Of a DNA stretch of 50,259 bases, positions 8,762-17,728 are shown piece after piece; the first letter of the stretch is position 1; the number at the start of each line of letters is the position of its first letter. A program made the position numbers and the translations under genes. Under the pieces are notes generated by a model that was not told where the DNA came from, did not search any database, and saw only the letters and a program-made list of their open reading frames with translations. The DNA is from Chloroflexota bacterium. Lineage in GTDB: Bacteria > Chloroflexota > Dehalococcoidia > Dehalococcoidales > G020351185. The DNA is taken from the NCBI GenBank assembly GCA_043819155.1, contig JBDRFC010000001.1, positions 1-50,259 on the forward strand. Reading direction: 5' to 3'.

Positions 8762-10235
8762 ACTGCGCCACTACCAGATAGAGGTGGCGATGGCTATACT
8801 GGATAGCGTCTTCCAGCGCAAGGGGCTTACTTTTTCGGTTGAGATCGCCCGTCAGGGAGGGAAAAGCGAATTATCAGCCCAGCTGGAGTTACTTCTATTA
8901 ACCCTCCTGATGGCTACGCCTAAGAATATCATTAAATGCGCCCCCACCTTCAAGCCACAAACTATCATCTCAGAGACACGCAATAGAAGACCTCGAAATA
9001 AAGGGGCTTCTGATCCAGCTTTCCACCTTCGTAAAGTTATCTCCGGCTATCATGCCAGAGGGAGGTGGGATATGAGCTAAAAGATGTCAAACCAAGACCA
9101 TATTCTATTCAAAAGGAGGAAGCATCTATGAACGAGGAACAAGATAACGATACGACTGGGTAGCGCCCGTGCTATCTTTCTATCTGCCGATAAAACAGCC
9201 AACGTCGTCGGTAATACAGCCCATATACTACTGGAAATAGACGAATCACAGGACGTTTCCAAGGATAAATATACAAAAGAGTTCAAGCCGATGGGGGCAA
9301 CGACAAATGTTACAACGGTTCATTACGGCACCGCCTGGGATGATTCCACCCTGCTTGAGGAGGTAAAACAGACAAATCTTGAGCTGGAGAGGAAGGATGG
9401 CATTAAACGCCACTTCAGATATGACTGGCAGGAGGTAGCTAAATGCAACCCGGACTATCTAGACTATGTTGAAGCCGAGAGGGATCGCCTGGGGGATAAT
9501 CACCCATTATTCCTGACCCAGTATTGCCTGTTACTCATCCACGGGGGTAGCGGTTTCTTGAATAATCAGCAGAGGGCACAACTAGCCGGCAAACATTCCA
9601 GAAAGCACCAGGCCGAGAGCGGCAAGCTCTATATCGCCGGCATTGACCTGGCCGGAGAAGCGGAACAAGAAGCCGGAACAACGGTTAAAGCCCTGAAGCC
9701 ACGCCAGGATTCAACAGTAGTTACCATAGGTGAGTTGGACTTCTCTGCTACCGATGGCATTCAAAAGCAACCCAGATTAAACATTGTGGAACACTACTGG
9801 TGGACGGGCAAAAAACACACCGACCTCTACCCCCAATTGATAGATATTCTTAGCAATGTCTGGCACTGCCGCAGGGTGGTGATTGACGCCACCGGTATAG
9901 GGCAGCCGATAAGCTCATTTTTGAAAAATTCTCTTGGTTCAAAGATTTTACCATTCACCTTCACCGCCCAATCAAAATCCCGGCTAGGCTTTAACCTTTT
10001 AGCCGCCATCAACTCAGGCCGGTTGAAAATGTATGACGGTGACGGTTCACCGGAATACAAACAGTTCTGGTTTGAAATGGAGAAGGCGAAGAGCCAGTTC
10101 CGCCCCAACAAGACAATGAATTTCTATGTAAACCCCGGGGAGGGGCACGATGATTTCCTGATGAGCTTGGCACTTCTTGCTGAAGCCTCTCAAAAGTATT
10201 CGTCAAGAAGTGCCAAGGGAAGCTCCAGGCTATAA
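8751..10235 (+). pseudogene. phage terminase large subunit, interrupted
   Basis: The frame-3 N-terminal segment carries a Walker A-like ARQGGKSE. Frame 3 resumes at 9132 with the Walker B-like HILLEIDESQD and a nuclease-domain-like C-terminus (IAGIDLAG, VVIDATGIGQ). The two parts are separated by in-frame TAA (9078-9080) and TGA (9129-9131). The peptide between about 8960 and 9130 looks non-native. Confidence 0.65.
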
Positions 10236-10260
10236 CGATTCCCGAAAGAAGCATTAATAA

Positions 10261-10294
10261 AAAATCCCCCTCCCGTTATAGAGAGGGGGATTTT
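10261..10294. terminator. bidirectional rho-independent terminator between convergent terminase and surface-protein genes
   Basis: 12-bp perfect stem AAAATCCCCCTC/GAGGGGGATTTT with a 10-nt loop. The A-run and T-run in the arms serve both strands. Confidence 0.7.
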
Positions 10295-10329
10295 AACAAA
10301 GTTAATCTAATAACCTATATATCTATATC

Positions 10330-13011
10330 TTAGTATGAACTGTAGGCGATTCTCCTGCCCAGCCACAGGGCAAGGATGAAGACTGCCAAGCCTCCCAATC
10401 CAACCAAAAGCCACGTGAGCCAGCCCGGCCAGCCACCGCCGACATAGAAGGTGCCTGCGCCTGTCCAACCGCTTTCATTGCCGGCATTGTCAACTGCCTT
10501 CACATGCCAATAAAAAGGCCCTGTCCCCTCCATATTCCCCAGTTCCAATTGCTCCGCTTCAGTGATAGTATATTCCGATCCGGCAAGCCCCGTCTTTTCT
10601 AAAACCTTGTTGGTAAAACCTGCATCTGTAGCGACCTCAAGTATATAGGTTACCGGCGGGTTCTGGCTATCGGTAACATCTTCCCAATCGAACCGTACCG
10701 GCTGATCTGGACTGCTATCCAGGTAGGGTAGCAATGGTTGTGGTATTAGTGGTGGTGCGGATTCCATTATAAAGGTAAATTGCTCCACCTCAACGCCGTT
10801 AATGCTGACTATTACAGTATGCTCACCGGCAGTACTCTTGGGAACTTCAAAGGTGGAGTCAAAAGACCCGTTATTACCAGTTCTATCAGGATCAGTAGTT
10901 AATACCGCACCGTCATATGTAACTTCTATAGGTGCATCAGCTGTATAGCCATCGCCGCTTATGGAAATCTCCATACCGATATAACCGGGTGATGCATTGC
11001 TTGTTTTCGGGCTTATACTGATATCACTGATTCCCACTGTGAAGTCCACGGTAACAGTGTTGCTGCCATCGTTAATGCTAATGATAGCAGCACCCCCCGG
11101 CATTGCCGGAATATTAAAACTACCGTTGAAACTGCCATCAGAGCCGGCTGTAATCGGCACCAGGGGAGTAACAGGTATATTTTTAATTAAAATAGTTACA
11201 TTCTTGTTAGCTCCGAATCCATAACCGGAGATTCCAACGCCATCTCCCATTCCACCACTTGTCGGGTTTATGATAACACTGGCTCCTACTGTCAGGTTTA
11301 CGCTAACGCTGGTGATGCCATCACTAATGCTGAGAGCGGCAGTACCTCCCGGGATTTCCCGAATAACAAAGCCACCGCTGAAAATACCATTGGGGTCGGT
11401 TATAATCGGTGTGGTGGATATAATTGGAGTATTTCCATACATTATCGTTATATTCTTGCTGGCACCAAATCCATAGCCGGCGATCCCAACTCCATCACCC
11501 ACTTTCCCACTGGTCGGATTGATAATAACACCTGCAACTACTGTAAAGCTTGCAGTAAGGTTACTGGTGCCATCTGTAACTGTTACTGTATAGATGCCTC
11601 CCGGGATTGATGGAACAAAGAAACTGCCATTGAAGCTGCCTTCGGAGCCCGTCTTTATCGCTGTGGTAGGTGTAACGGCAGAATTACCATAAAGTATGGT
11701 TATATTCTTACTGGAACCGAAACCGGTACCACTGACGCTAATACTATCCCCCGTGGCCCCGGTTAAAGGTGACATCGTCATCTCAGGTTTAACGCTGACG
11801 CTAGCCGTAGCCGAACGGCCGGCGGTATCTTCAACCCCTATTGTGTGAACACCCGTTTTACTGGCGGGGATGTCAAGGCTGGCGGTAAAACTGCCATCAA
11901 TCCCCACTGGAACCGTGCCGAGGCTGACATTATCAAAATAAAGGGTTGCCGTTGCCCCGGAACCAAAGCTTGAACCGACAATGGTAATTTCATCGCCGAC
12001 AATACCGGTGGTCGGGCTTAAATTTATAGCCGTATTTACAGCCACTGCAAAGGTTGTAGTGGCAAAAATATCACTATCATCCTCATCTTCAGCCAGAATG
12101 GTGAAGCTGCCGGTATCAACATCAGGCACAGTCAGATTCACGGCAAAGGTGCCATCGCTATTAGTGCGGCCCCCGCTTTCCACAAGCCAGACAACATTAG
12201 TAGCCGGATTTCCGCCAAAACTGAAGTCAACGCCATTGCGCCTGTCAAAACCGGTGCCGGTAACCGTTATCACGGTTCCGGTTTCACCGCTGGCAGGATT
12301 AACGCTTATCTCCGGCTCTACGGTAAAGGTATCTTCAACCTCAGCCAGAGAATCCTCTCCCCTGATGGTTATGGTATGATCACCGAACTCGCTTTCCGGG
12401 ATGATTATAAAAAGTGAGAACTCGCCATTCTCATCAGTTTTTTCATCTCCACTCTCTATATCTATTTCTTCGCCATCGTATTCCACAATTATAGTTTCAT
12501 CCGGGGCAAAACCTCCACCACTAATTTCAACCTCGGTACCCACAGGACCTTCATTGGGGTCAAAATCGGTAATTTCAGCAATACCAATTACTGTAAAGGT
12601 AGTTTCAGCTACAATTGCCTTATTGTTAGACCTGGTCATATATATATAATATGTGCCCCCATGGACGCTTTCGTCATCTTCGCCATCAGTTAACTCCGCC
12701 GGCACTAAGATGTTTATAGCACTATAGGCGCCTGCTACACCGGCAGCACTCACGCTAACAAGGAAATCATAAGTTGTAACTTCAGTGTCAATCTCATCAC
12801 CCAAAGCAGCATTCTGGCTGGAAAAGAAAATATAATATTCAAGAGGATAAGTTCCAAAGCCAGAAACACTTATCGTATCGCCGATTTCACCCTCATCAGG
12901 GACAATATTAACGCTAATAGCCGCTGAAGCCGGCACTGCCGGTATCGCCACCAGCAGCAGCGCTAAAGTCAGGGCTACCGCCAAAACCCGAAAAAACTTC
13001 TTATATTTCAC
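10330..13011 (-). CDS. large cell-surface protein: signal peptide, about 10 Ig-like (IPT/TIG-type) repeats, FN3-like domain, C-terminal TM anchor
   Basis: 893 aa. The GTG start is preceded by GGGGGAGG. The signal peptide is MKYKKFFRVLAVALTLALLLVAIPAVPASA. GxxISVSGxGF repeats recur throughout. The FN3-like stretch is PVRFDWEDV...YWHVKAVDNAGNES. The C-terminal helix is WLTWLLVGLGGLAVFILALWLG, followed by a basic tail. Confidence 0.85.
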   Translation of the reverse strand: MKYKKFFRVLAVALTLALLLVAIPAVPASAAISVNIVPDEGEIGDTISVSGFGTYPLEYYIFFSSQNAALGDEIDTEVTTYDFLVSVSAAGVAGAYSAINILVPAELTDGEDDESVHGGTYYIYMTRSNNKAIVAETTFTVIGIAEITDFDPNEGPVGTEVEISGGGFAPDETIIVEYDGEEIDIESGDEKTDENGEFSLFIIIPESEFGDHTITIRGEDSLAEVEDTFTVEPEISVNPASGETGTVITVTGTGFDRRNGVDFSFGGNPATNVVWLVESGGRTNSDGTFAVNLTVPDVDTGSFTILAEDEDDSDIFATTTFAVAVNTAINLSPTTGIVGDEITIVGSSFGSGATATLYFDNVSLGTVPVGIDGSFTASLDIPASKTGVHTIGVEDTAGRSATASVSVKPEMTMSPLTGATGDSISVSGTGFGSSKNITILYGNSAVTPTTAIKTGSEGSFNGSFFVPSIPGGIYTVTVTDGTSNLTASFTVVAGVIINPTSGKVGDGVGIAGYGFGASKNITIMYGNTPIISTTPIITDPNGIFSGGFVIREIPGGTAALSISDGITSVSVNLTVGASVIINPTSGGMGDGVGISGYGFGANKNVTILIKNIPVTPLVPITAGSDGSFNGSFNIPAMPGGAAIISINDGSNTVTVDFTVGISDISISPKTSNASPGYIGMEISISGDGYTADAPIEVTYDGAVLTTDPDRTGNNGSFDSTFEVPKSTAGEHTVIVSINGVEVEQFTFIMESAPPLIPQPLLPYLDSSPDQPVRFDWEDVTDSQNPPVTYILEVATDAGFTNKVLEKTGLAGSEYTITEAEQLELGNMEGTGPFYWHVKAVDNAGNESGWTGAGTFYVGGGWPGWLTWLLVGLGGLAVFILALWLGRRIAYSSY
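11035..11790 (-). repeat. three tandem, diverged ~243-nt coding repeats (Ig-like modules) inside the surface-protein gene
   Basis: Protein units ...SVSGTGFGSSKNITILYGN..., ...GIAGYGFGASKNITIMYGN... and ...GISGYGFGANKNVTILIKN... are alignable end to end. The similarity is visible at the DNA level (e.g. 11221-11300 vs 11461-11540). Confidence 0.75.
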
Positions 13012-13042
13012 TTTTTACCTCCCCCTTTTTTATAGAATTATA

Positions 13043-13246
13043 TCATATTAGTCTTTTTTTAGCGCCACGCCTGGAAATATAAGTGCCGGCAAAATTGTCC
13101 AATATATCCTTTGCTATCAGCCAGGTATTGTGGACTTTTATCGCCGGTATATCTTCCTGACGGCACAAACGCTTCACCGTCTCCGGGTGAATCCCGAGGC
13201 GCCGCCCGGCTTCTATTACATTAAAGTAATTATCTAAAGGAGCCAT
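13043..13246 (-). CDS. excisionase-family / MerR-like helix-turn-helix DNA-binding protein
   Basis: 67 aa. The stretch NVIEAGRRLGIHPETVKRLCRQEDIPAIKVHNTWLI is typical of the HTH_17/Xis family. It lies 31 nt upstream of the surface-protein gene on the same strand. Confidence 0.7.
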   Translation of the reverse strand: MAPLDNYFNVIEAGRRLGIHPETVKRLCRQEDIPAIKVHNTWLIAKDILDNFAGTYISRRGAKKRLI

Positions 13247-13272
13247 AATTTAACTATTACTTTGTCAAAACA

Positions 13273-13301
13273 ATAATAACACCAACACCTCCCTCTGTCA
13301 A
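13273..13301 (-). promoter_or_regulatory. consensus-like promoter for the HTH + surface-protein operon
   Basis: On the minus strand: TTGACA (13301-13296), exact 17-nt spacer, TATTAT (13278-13273). Confidence 0.6.
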
Positions 13302-13409
13302 ACAAAGCAGTTTAAAGGTAATAACGTAATTAAAAGGGAAAGGTTAGCACCGGTTATAAAGATAAATAAAAACTTTCTGGTACGAAGGGAAAAATACGAC
13401 AAAAGACCA

Positions 13410-13439
13410 TTGACCATATTAGAACATATGTGCTATTTT
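13410..13439 (+). promoter_or_regulatory. promoter (TTGACC-18-TGcTATTTT) with embedded dyad motif AGAACATATGTGCTATT (13421-13437)
   Basis: The -35 is at 13410-13415 and the extended -10 at 13431-13439. The motif is 16/17 identical to 8343-8359 and contains the palindrome ACATATGT. Confidence 0.6.
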
Positions 13440-13476
13440 ATTACCACTCAGTGATTTTTGAGTTGGGTGATTTGGA

Positions 13477-13788
13477 TTGCAATTTATGGAACTTGAAACG
13501 ACGTTTAGTACTGAGATCGATTTGCCACCGGAGTATTGCCATTATAAAGATGAAGGTTGTGAACTGGCTGAATCCTGTCTCAATTGCCCCTTCCCCATGT
13601 GCATCTATGATGAACCCGGGGGCAAGCAGCGTCTGCTTAAAAGGCAGCGGGACAGAGAAATGGTCAGACTTTTTAAAGATAAAGGAAAGGAAGTAAAAGA
13701 GCTGGCATTGATATTCGGCATCAGTCATCGCATCATCCAGAGGGCTTTAAAGAATTATCGCACAACACAGGCAGGGCAATGCAGTTGA
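13477..13788 (+). CDS. Cys-rich N-terminus + C-terminal helix-turn-helix protein (candidate regulator of the phage-like operon)
   Basis: 103 aa (TTG 13477, or ATG 13486). The Cys cluster is CHYKDEGCELAESCLNCPFPMC. It is followed by the basic/HTH segment EMVRLFKDKGKEVKELALIFGISHRIIQRALKN. Confidence 0.6.
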   Translation: MQFMELETTFSTEIDLPPEYCHYKDEGCELAESCLNCPFPMCIYDEPGGKQRLLKRQRDREMVRLFKDKGKEVKELALIFGISHRIIQRALKNYRTTQAGQCS

Positions 13789-13828
13789 AATATACAATAG
13801 CTGGCATTTTTCAGAAGAGGATTAAAAA

Positions 13829-15211
13829 ATGAACGAAGATTTCACCCCGATGCAATTAAATAACCGCGAATTAGACAGATTCAAGCGATACAAAGAACTG
13901 CTTGATTTCTACCACGGCCGGCACTGGCTGGGTAACGCCGGTCGTGGCGATAAACAGCTCACCTTTAACTATGCCAAGACAATTATAGACAAGGTATCTT
14001 CCTATGTAATGTCCGGCGCTCACAATACCGTTGTAGCATTAGAAGATTCGGATGAAGCCGAACAGGAAGCCAAGAAGGCTGAAGCCGCCCTGCAGCAAGT
14101 ATACCAGGAAAACAATCTGGAGCAGCTTGACCTGGATACCGAGATTGATTGCGCTATTCTGGGTGATGCCTGCTACAAGGTCATCTGGGACAACGAAGCC
14201 AAGAGTGTCCGCGTTACCGCCCCCGACATACAGGGTATCTACGCCTGGTGGCTGGGGGACGACACCTCAAAGCTATGGCGGGTAGCTTCAAAGTACAATT
14301 TGACCGCAGAAGAAACGGAAATCCTGCATCGTATAAAGCCCAAAGGGAAAACAGCTACCATCGTCGAGCTGTGGACAGAACAGCACTTTGAGCTGTGGCT
14401 GGATAATAGTCTTATAGAGAAGAAGGCCAATCCCTACGGCTTCATCCCCTTTATCATCTACCCTAACCTGAGAGAGCCCAAGAAATTCTGGGGCATATCC
14501 GACCTGCCCCAGCTTATAGAGCCGCAACGGGAATTGAACCGGGCGATGAGCCAGCTATCAAGAATCCTGGAGCTTTCCGGCAATCCCATTGCCGTGCTGG
14601 AGAACGTGGAGGAGTCCGAGGACATCGCCGTAAGCCCCGGTGCGGTATGGAATATTCCCGACGATGCCAAAGCCTACCTGCTGGACCTGCTCCAGGGTGG
14701 CGGTGTCGGTCTGCATATAAACTATATTGACCTTCTCTACCGCACCCTGCATGACGTCGCCGAATCACCCCGTGCCGCTTTCGGCGGTACTTCCAGGGAC
14801 TTATCCGGAGTTGCCCTTGAGATTGAGCTACAGCCACTGCTGCAGAAAGTATGGCGCAAGAGGCTCATACGAACCACCGCTTTAAGGCGACGCAACCATC
14901 TCATACTGAAGCTGCTGGAAAAATACAGGAACCAGAATTTTGGCAGCTATCGCCTGGATATAATCTGGACCCCGGTGCTGCCCAGAGATCTGACCCGGTT
15001 GGTAGCCAGCGAGCAGACACTCATCCAGAACGGCATTCACTCAAGACGACGGGCTATGTCTGAAATAGGGATTAAAGACCCCGATAAAGAATTTGCCAGC
15101 TGGCTTGAGGAAAAAGAAGCCATCCTCAGTATGAACCAACAACTTAACACAAAAACTTCCCGGGGCGGGACGCGAGAGAGAGCTAATCAGCCCCATAAGG
15201 AAGATATCTAG
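13829..15211 (+). CDS. phage portal protein (SPP1 gp6-like)
   Basis: 460 aa. Size, position upstream of scaffold and capsid, and N-terminal motifs (RYKELLDFYHGRHW, LTFNYAKTIIDKVSSYV) fit a portal. SD is GAGGA. Confidence 0.75.
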   Translation: MNEDFTPMQLNNRELDRFKRYKELLDFYHGRHWLGNAGRGDKQLTFNYAKTIIDKVSSYVMSGAHNTVVALEDSDEAEQEAKKAEAALQQVYQENNLEQLDLDTEIDCAILGDACYKVIWDNEAKSVRVTAPDIQGIYAWWLGDDTSKLWRVASKYNLTAEETEILHRIKPKGKTATIVELWTEQHFELWLDNSLIEKKANPYGFIPFIIYPNLREPKKFWGISDLPQLIEPQRELNRAMSQLSRILELSGNPIAVLENVEESEDIAVSPGAVWNIPDDAKAYLLDLLQGGGVGLHINYIDLLYRTLHDVAESPRAAFGGTSRDLSGVALEIELQPLLQKVWRKRLIRTTALRRRNHLILKLLEKYRNQNFGSYRLDIIWTPVLPRDLTRLVASEQTLIQNGIHSRRRAMSEIGIKDPDKEFASWLEEKEAILSMNQQLNTKTSRGGTRERANQPHKEDI

Positions 15212-15235
15212 TATCAAACAAGGAGGTTAGTTACT

Positions 15236-15739
15236 TTGGCAGACGAAGAGAAAAAAGAGCCAGAACCCATAGAAGAAAAGTTAGGCAGGCTCAAGGTTAA
15301 AGTCTATGAGCTTGAAAGCCTGGTAGCTAGCAAGGAAAAGGAGCTTGCCTCAAGAGACAGGCAAAACTCCAAGCTGGAGCAGGCTATCGCCGATAAGGAT
15401 AGCCAGATTACCAGCCTGAAACAGGCTCTTGCCAAATCTGAAGAGCAGGACAAACGTCTAACTGATAGCTTGTTCCAGGCGGTATCCAGTTACAGGTCTG
15501 TGATAATAAGCGCCAATCCCGAAGTGCCGGAAGAACTCATAAGCGGCGATTCAATAGAGACTATTGATAAGTCCCTGACCAGGGCTGAAAAGCTGGTCAG
15601 CCAGGTAAGGCAAGGATTAGAAGCCGAGGCAATGCAGACCAGGTTTCCCAGTGGTGCCCCGGTGAGGACGCCGCCAGACCTATCAGCTTTATCTCCCAAG
15701 GATAAAATCAAATATGCCATGGGAGGTGTTTCGCCCTAA
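15236..15739 (+). CDS. phage scaffolding protein (coiled coil)
   Basis: 167 aa. The TTG start has an AAGGAGG SD. The sequence is an acidic/Lys-rich heptad coiled coil lying between portal and capsid. Confidence 0.65.
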   Translation: MADEEKKEPEPIEEKLGRLKVKVYELESLVASKEKELASRDRQNSKLEQAIADKDSQITSLKQALAKSEEQDKRLTDSLFQAVSSYRSVIISANPEVPEELISGDSIETIDKSLTRAEKLVSQVRQGLEAEAMQTRFPSGAPVRTPPDLSALSPKDKIKYAMGGVSP

Positions 15740-15787
15740 AAGGGCGGATATCTGCTGAAAATAGTTAATAAAAAGGAGAAATAAAAA

Positions 15788-16708
15788 ATGGCTTTAACTT
15801 TAGCTGAAGCATCAAAATTATCAAACGATATGCTGTTACAGGGGGTAGTGGAGACTATCGTTAAGGACTCCCCTATACTACAGCAGCTACCATTTATAGA
15901 GATTGTGGGCAACGGTTTAACATATAACCAGGAAAATACCCTGCCCAGCATTGATTTCTATGACGTTGGCGATACCTGGGACGAATCCACGCCGACCTTT
16001 GAACAGAAGACGGCTAACCTGAAAATAATCGGCGGTGATGCCGATGTTGATAACTTCCTCAAGGCAACACGCAGTAACGTACAGGACCTTGAAGCGGCTA
16101 TTATAGAACTCAAGGCAAAGACACTCAGGCAGAAGTTCGATGAGATTTTCATCTATGGCGACTCTGCCACAAATTCAAAACAGTTTGACGGGCTGAGGCT
16201 GATCATCGATACAACTTCCGCCAGCGACCAGGTTATTGCTATGGGCGCCACCGGCGCCACCCTTACGCTAGACAAGCTGGATGAGCTTATCGATGCCATA
16301 AAAGGTGGCAAGCCAGATATGCTGCTGATGAGCCGCCGTTCAAGGCGCAAGGTAAATACCCTTGTCAGGGCGGCTGGCGGCATGATGGACGCCGACCGTG
16401 ATAGCTGGGGTAATTTCATCCAGTTATGGGATGGCATTCCCATCGGCGTCAACGATTGGATACTGGATACCCACGTAGTTGCCGACAGCCTGGAAACGGA
16501 CACTACCGGCGGCGATTGCTCTGCAATCTATGCCATCCAATTCGGCGAAGGCGCCCTCTGCGGCTTGACCAGTCCGGGACTTCTTCAGGTAGAGCCGATC
16601 GGTCCACTGGAGAACAAGGATGCCTCGCGTACACGTGTAAAGTGGTACTGTTCGCTGGCTCTGTTTTCTTCTGTAAAAGCAGCGGCGCTTATAGGCATCC
16701 AGGATTAA
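15788..16708 (+). CDS. phage major capsid protein (HK97-fold type)
   Basis: 306 aa, in the canonical position after the scaffold. The motif pattern ..LTLDKLDELIDAIKGGKPDMLLMSRRSRRKV.. is typical of this capsid family. SD is AAGGAG. Confidence 0.7.
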   Translation: MALTLAEASKLSNDMLLQGVVETIVKDSPILQQLPFIEIVGNGLTYNQENTLPSIDFYDVGDTWDESTPTFEQKTANLKIIGGDADVDNFLKATRSNVQDLEAAIIELKAKTLRQKFDEIFIYGDSATNSKQFDGLRLIIDTTSASDQVIAMGATGATLTLDKLDELIDAIKGGKPDMLLMSRRSRRKVNTLVRAAGGMMDADRDSWGNFIQLWDGIPIGVNDWILDTHVVADSLETDTTGGDCSAIYAIQFGEGALCGLTSPGLLQVEPIGPLENKDASRTRVKWYCSLALFSSVKAAALIGIQD

Positions 16709-16719
16709 ATTAAATCTAT

Positions 16720-16743
16720 GGGGAGGGGTTTTACCCCCTCCCC
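16720..16743 (+). promoter_or_regulatory. GC-rich stem-loop immediately after the capsid gene (processing/attenuation hairpin)
   Basis: 9-bp stem GGGGAGGGG/CCCCTCCCC with a 6-nt loop, 12 nt after the capsid stop. There is no downstream T-run. Confidence 0.45.
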
Positions 16744-16761
16744 GACTAAAGGAGATAAGTT

Positions 16762-17103
16762 ATGGCTGAAGTTTATGTAACACAACCAAAGCTCCATCGG
16801 AGTAATGTCACCGCCATCGATTCATCCGACCCGGCTGACACGTCAGGGGCTATAGACAGCGGGAGGTATAAGGAATGCCGCTTTGATATCACCATTACCG
16901 GCACCGATTTTGCCAGTCTCGAAACCCGGGTAATTTTCTGGAACCCAAGGCAGCAGAAATGGTTCGGTGGCAGCAGCAGGACCTTTACTTCCACCGGACA
17001 ACATGCCCTGGTGGTCGACTCCAGAGGGGCTATCATATTTTTTAAGGTAACCGCTTTCTCAGGGACTTCATTTTCCCTGTCGGCGGATTACAGCATGAGT
17101 TAG
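16762..17103 (+). CDS. phage structural-module hypothetical protein (113 aa)
   Basis: Strong SD (AAGGAG), beta-rich sequence, tightly packed in the operon. Confidence 0.6.
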   Translation: MAEVYVTQPKLHRSNVTAIDSSDPADTSGAIDSGRYKECRFDITITGTDFASLETRVIFWNPRQQKWFGGSSRTFTSTGQHALVVDSRGAIIFFKVTAFSGTSFSLSADYSMS

Positions 17104-17112
17104 GAGGTAAAA

Positions 17113-17727
17113 ATGCTTAAACTGGCTGGAGAAATGTTAGAAGGGCAACTCGCTGAACATACAACAGACCTTGATACCCACACACTGAACATTTGGAATC
17201 AATACAGAATTGGTCAATATATCGGTTTTGGCGGCACCACCGGCAGTGGCGTCGCTATAGCCGCAGATACTTTATATGCCATGCTATTCCCCGTCGTAAG
17301 AACGATGACATTTGACCGCATCGCCACATATATTGCAACGCTGGCAGATGGCAAAACGATAAGGCTGGGAATATATGCGGATGATGGAAATCTTTATCCC
17401 GGAGCACTGGCACTTGACGCCGGCACAGCCTCGGTCGCCACAACCGACACAAAGGCGATCACGATAGATAAGCAGCTTACAAAGGAGTTCTACTGGCTTG
17501 TTTTTATAAGCGACGGTATCCCGGCACTTTACAGAGGTGATGCCCTTGATAGAACCATGTGGACGCCAACTGGTCTCTCTGCAACAAGTCTAAGATACGC
17601 AACTGCGGGCTGGACCAAAACCCAGGCTTTCGGGGCTTTGCCGGACCCGTTCCCCAGCGGGGGCAGCTTGGAAATATATAACTGGGCAATAGCACTTAGG
17701 CCATCTTCAATGGATCAGGGAGGTTAA
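17113..17727 (+). CDS. phage structural-module hypothetical protein (204 aa)
   Basis: SD is TAGGAGG, with a 9-nt gap from the preceding gene. Confidence 0.6.
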   Translation: MLKLAGEMLEGQLAEHTTDLDTHTLNIWNQYRIGQYIGFGGTTGSGVAIAADTLYAMLFPVVRTMTFDRIATYIATLADGKTIRLGIYADDGNLYPGALALDAGTASVATTDTKAITIDKQLTKEFYWLVFISDGIPALYRGDALDRTMWTPTGLSATSLRYATAGWTKTQAFGALPDPFPSGGSLEIYNWAIALRPSSMDQGG

Positions 17728-17728
17728 T

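Noticed and set aside
8960-9131. Possibility that the terminase interruption is an intron, intein or programmed frameshift
   Set aside because: The gap is only ~170 nt, too short for an intein or a group I/II intron. It contains two stops in the same frame and no slippery-heptamer-plus-structure signature. Decay or sequence error is more likely, though I cannot fully exclude the alternatives without alignment.
9077-9286. 69-aa minus-strand ORF in the terminase gap
   Set aside because: It is antisense to the resumed terminase frame, which includes the Walker B segment. It is more parsimonious as noise within a pseudogene than as an inserted gene.
11035-11790. Regular ~240-nt periodic repeats that might suggest a CRISPR-like or satellite array
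   Set aside because: The repeats are long, diverged and entirely in-frame within one ORF that encodes Ig-like modules. There is no short repeat/spacer architecture. No CRISPR array is seen anywhere in the window.
13261-13305. Two TGTCAAA(A)CAA direct repeats in the divergent intergenic region as possible binding sites
   Set aside because: The distal copy is explained as the -35 hexamer (TTGACA on the minus strand) of the 13273-13301 promoter. The proximal copy (13263-13268) is a second minus-strand TTGACA that lies only 16 nt upstream of the HTH gene's ATG, too close to leave room for a -10, so it probably arises by chance. There is no further evidence for a separate site.
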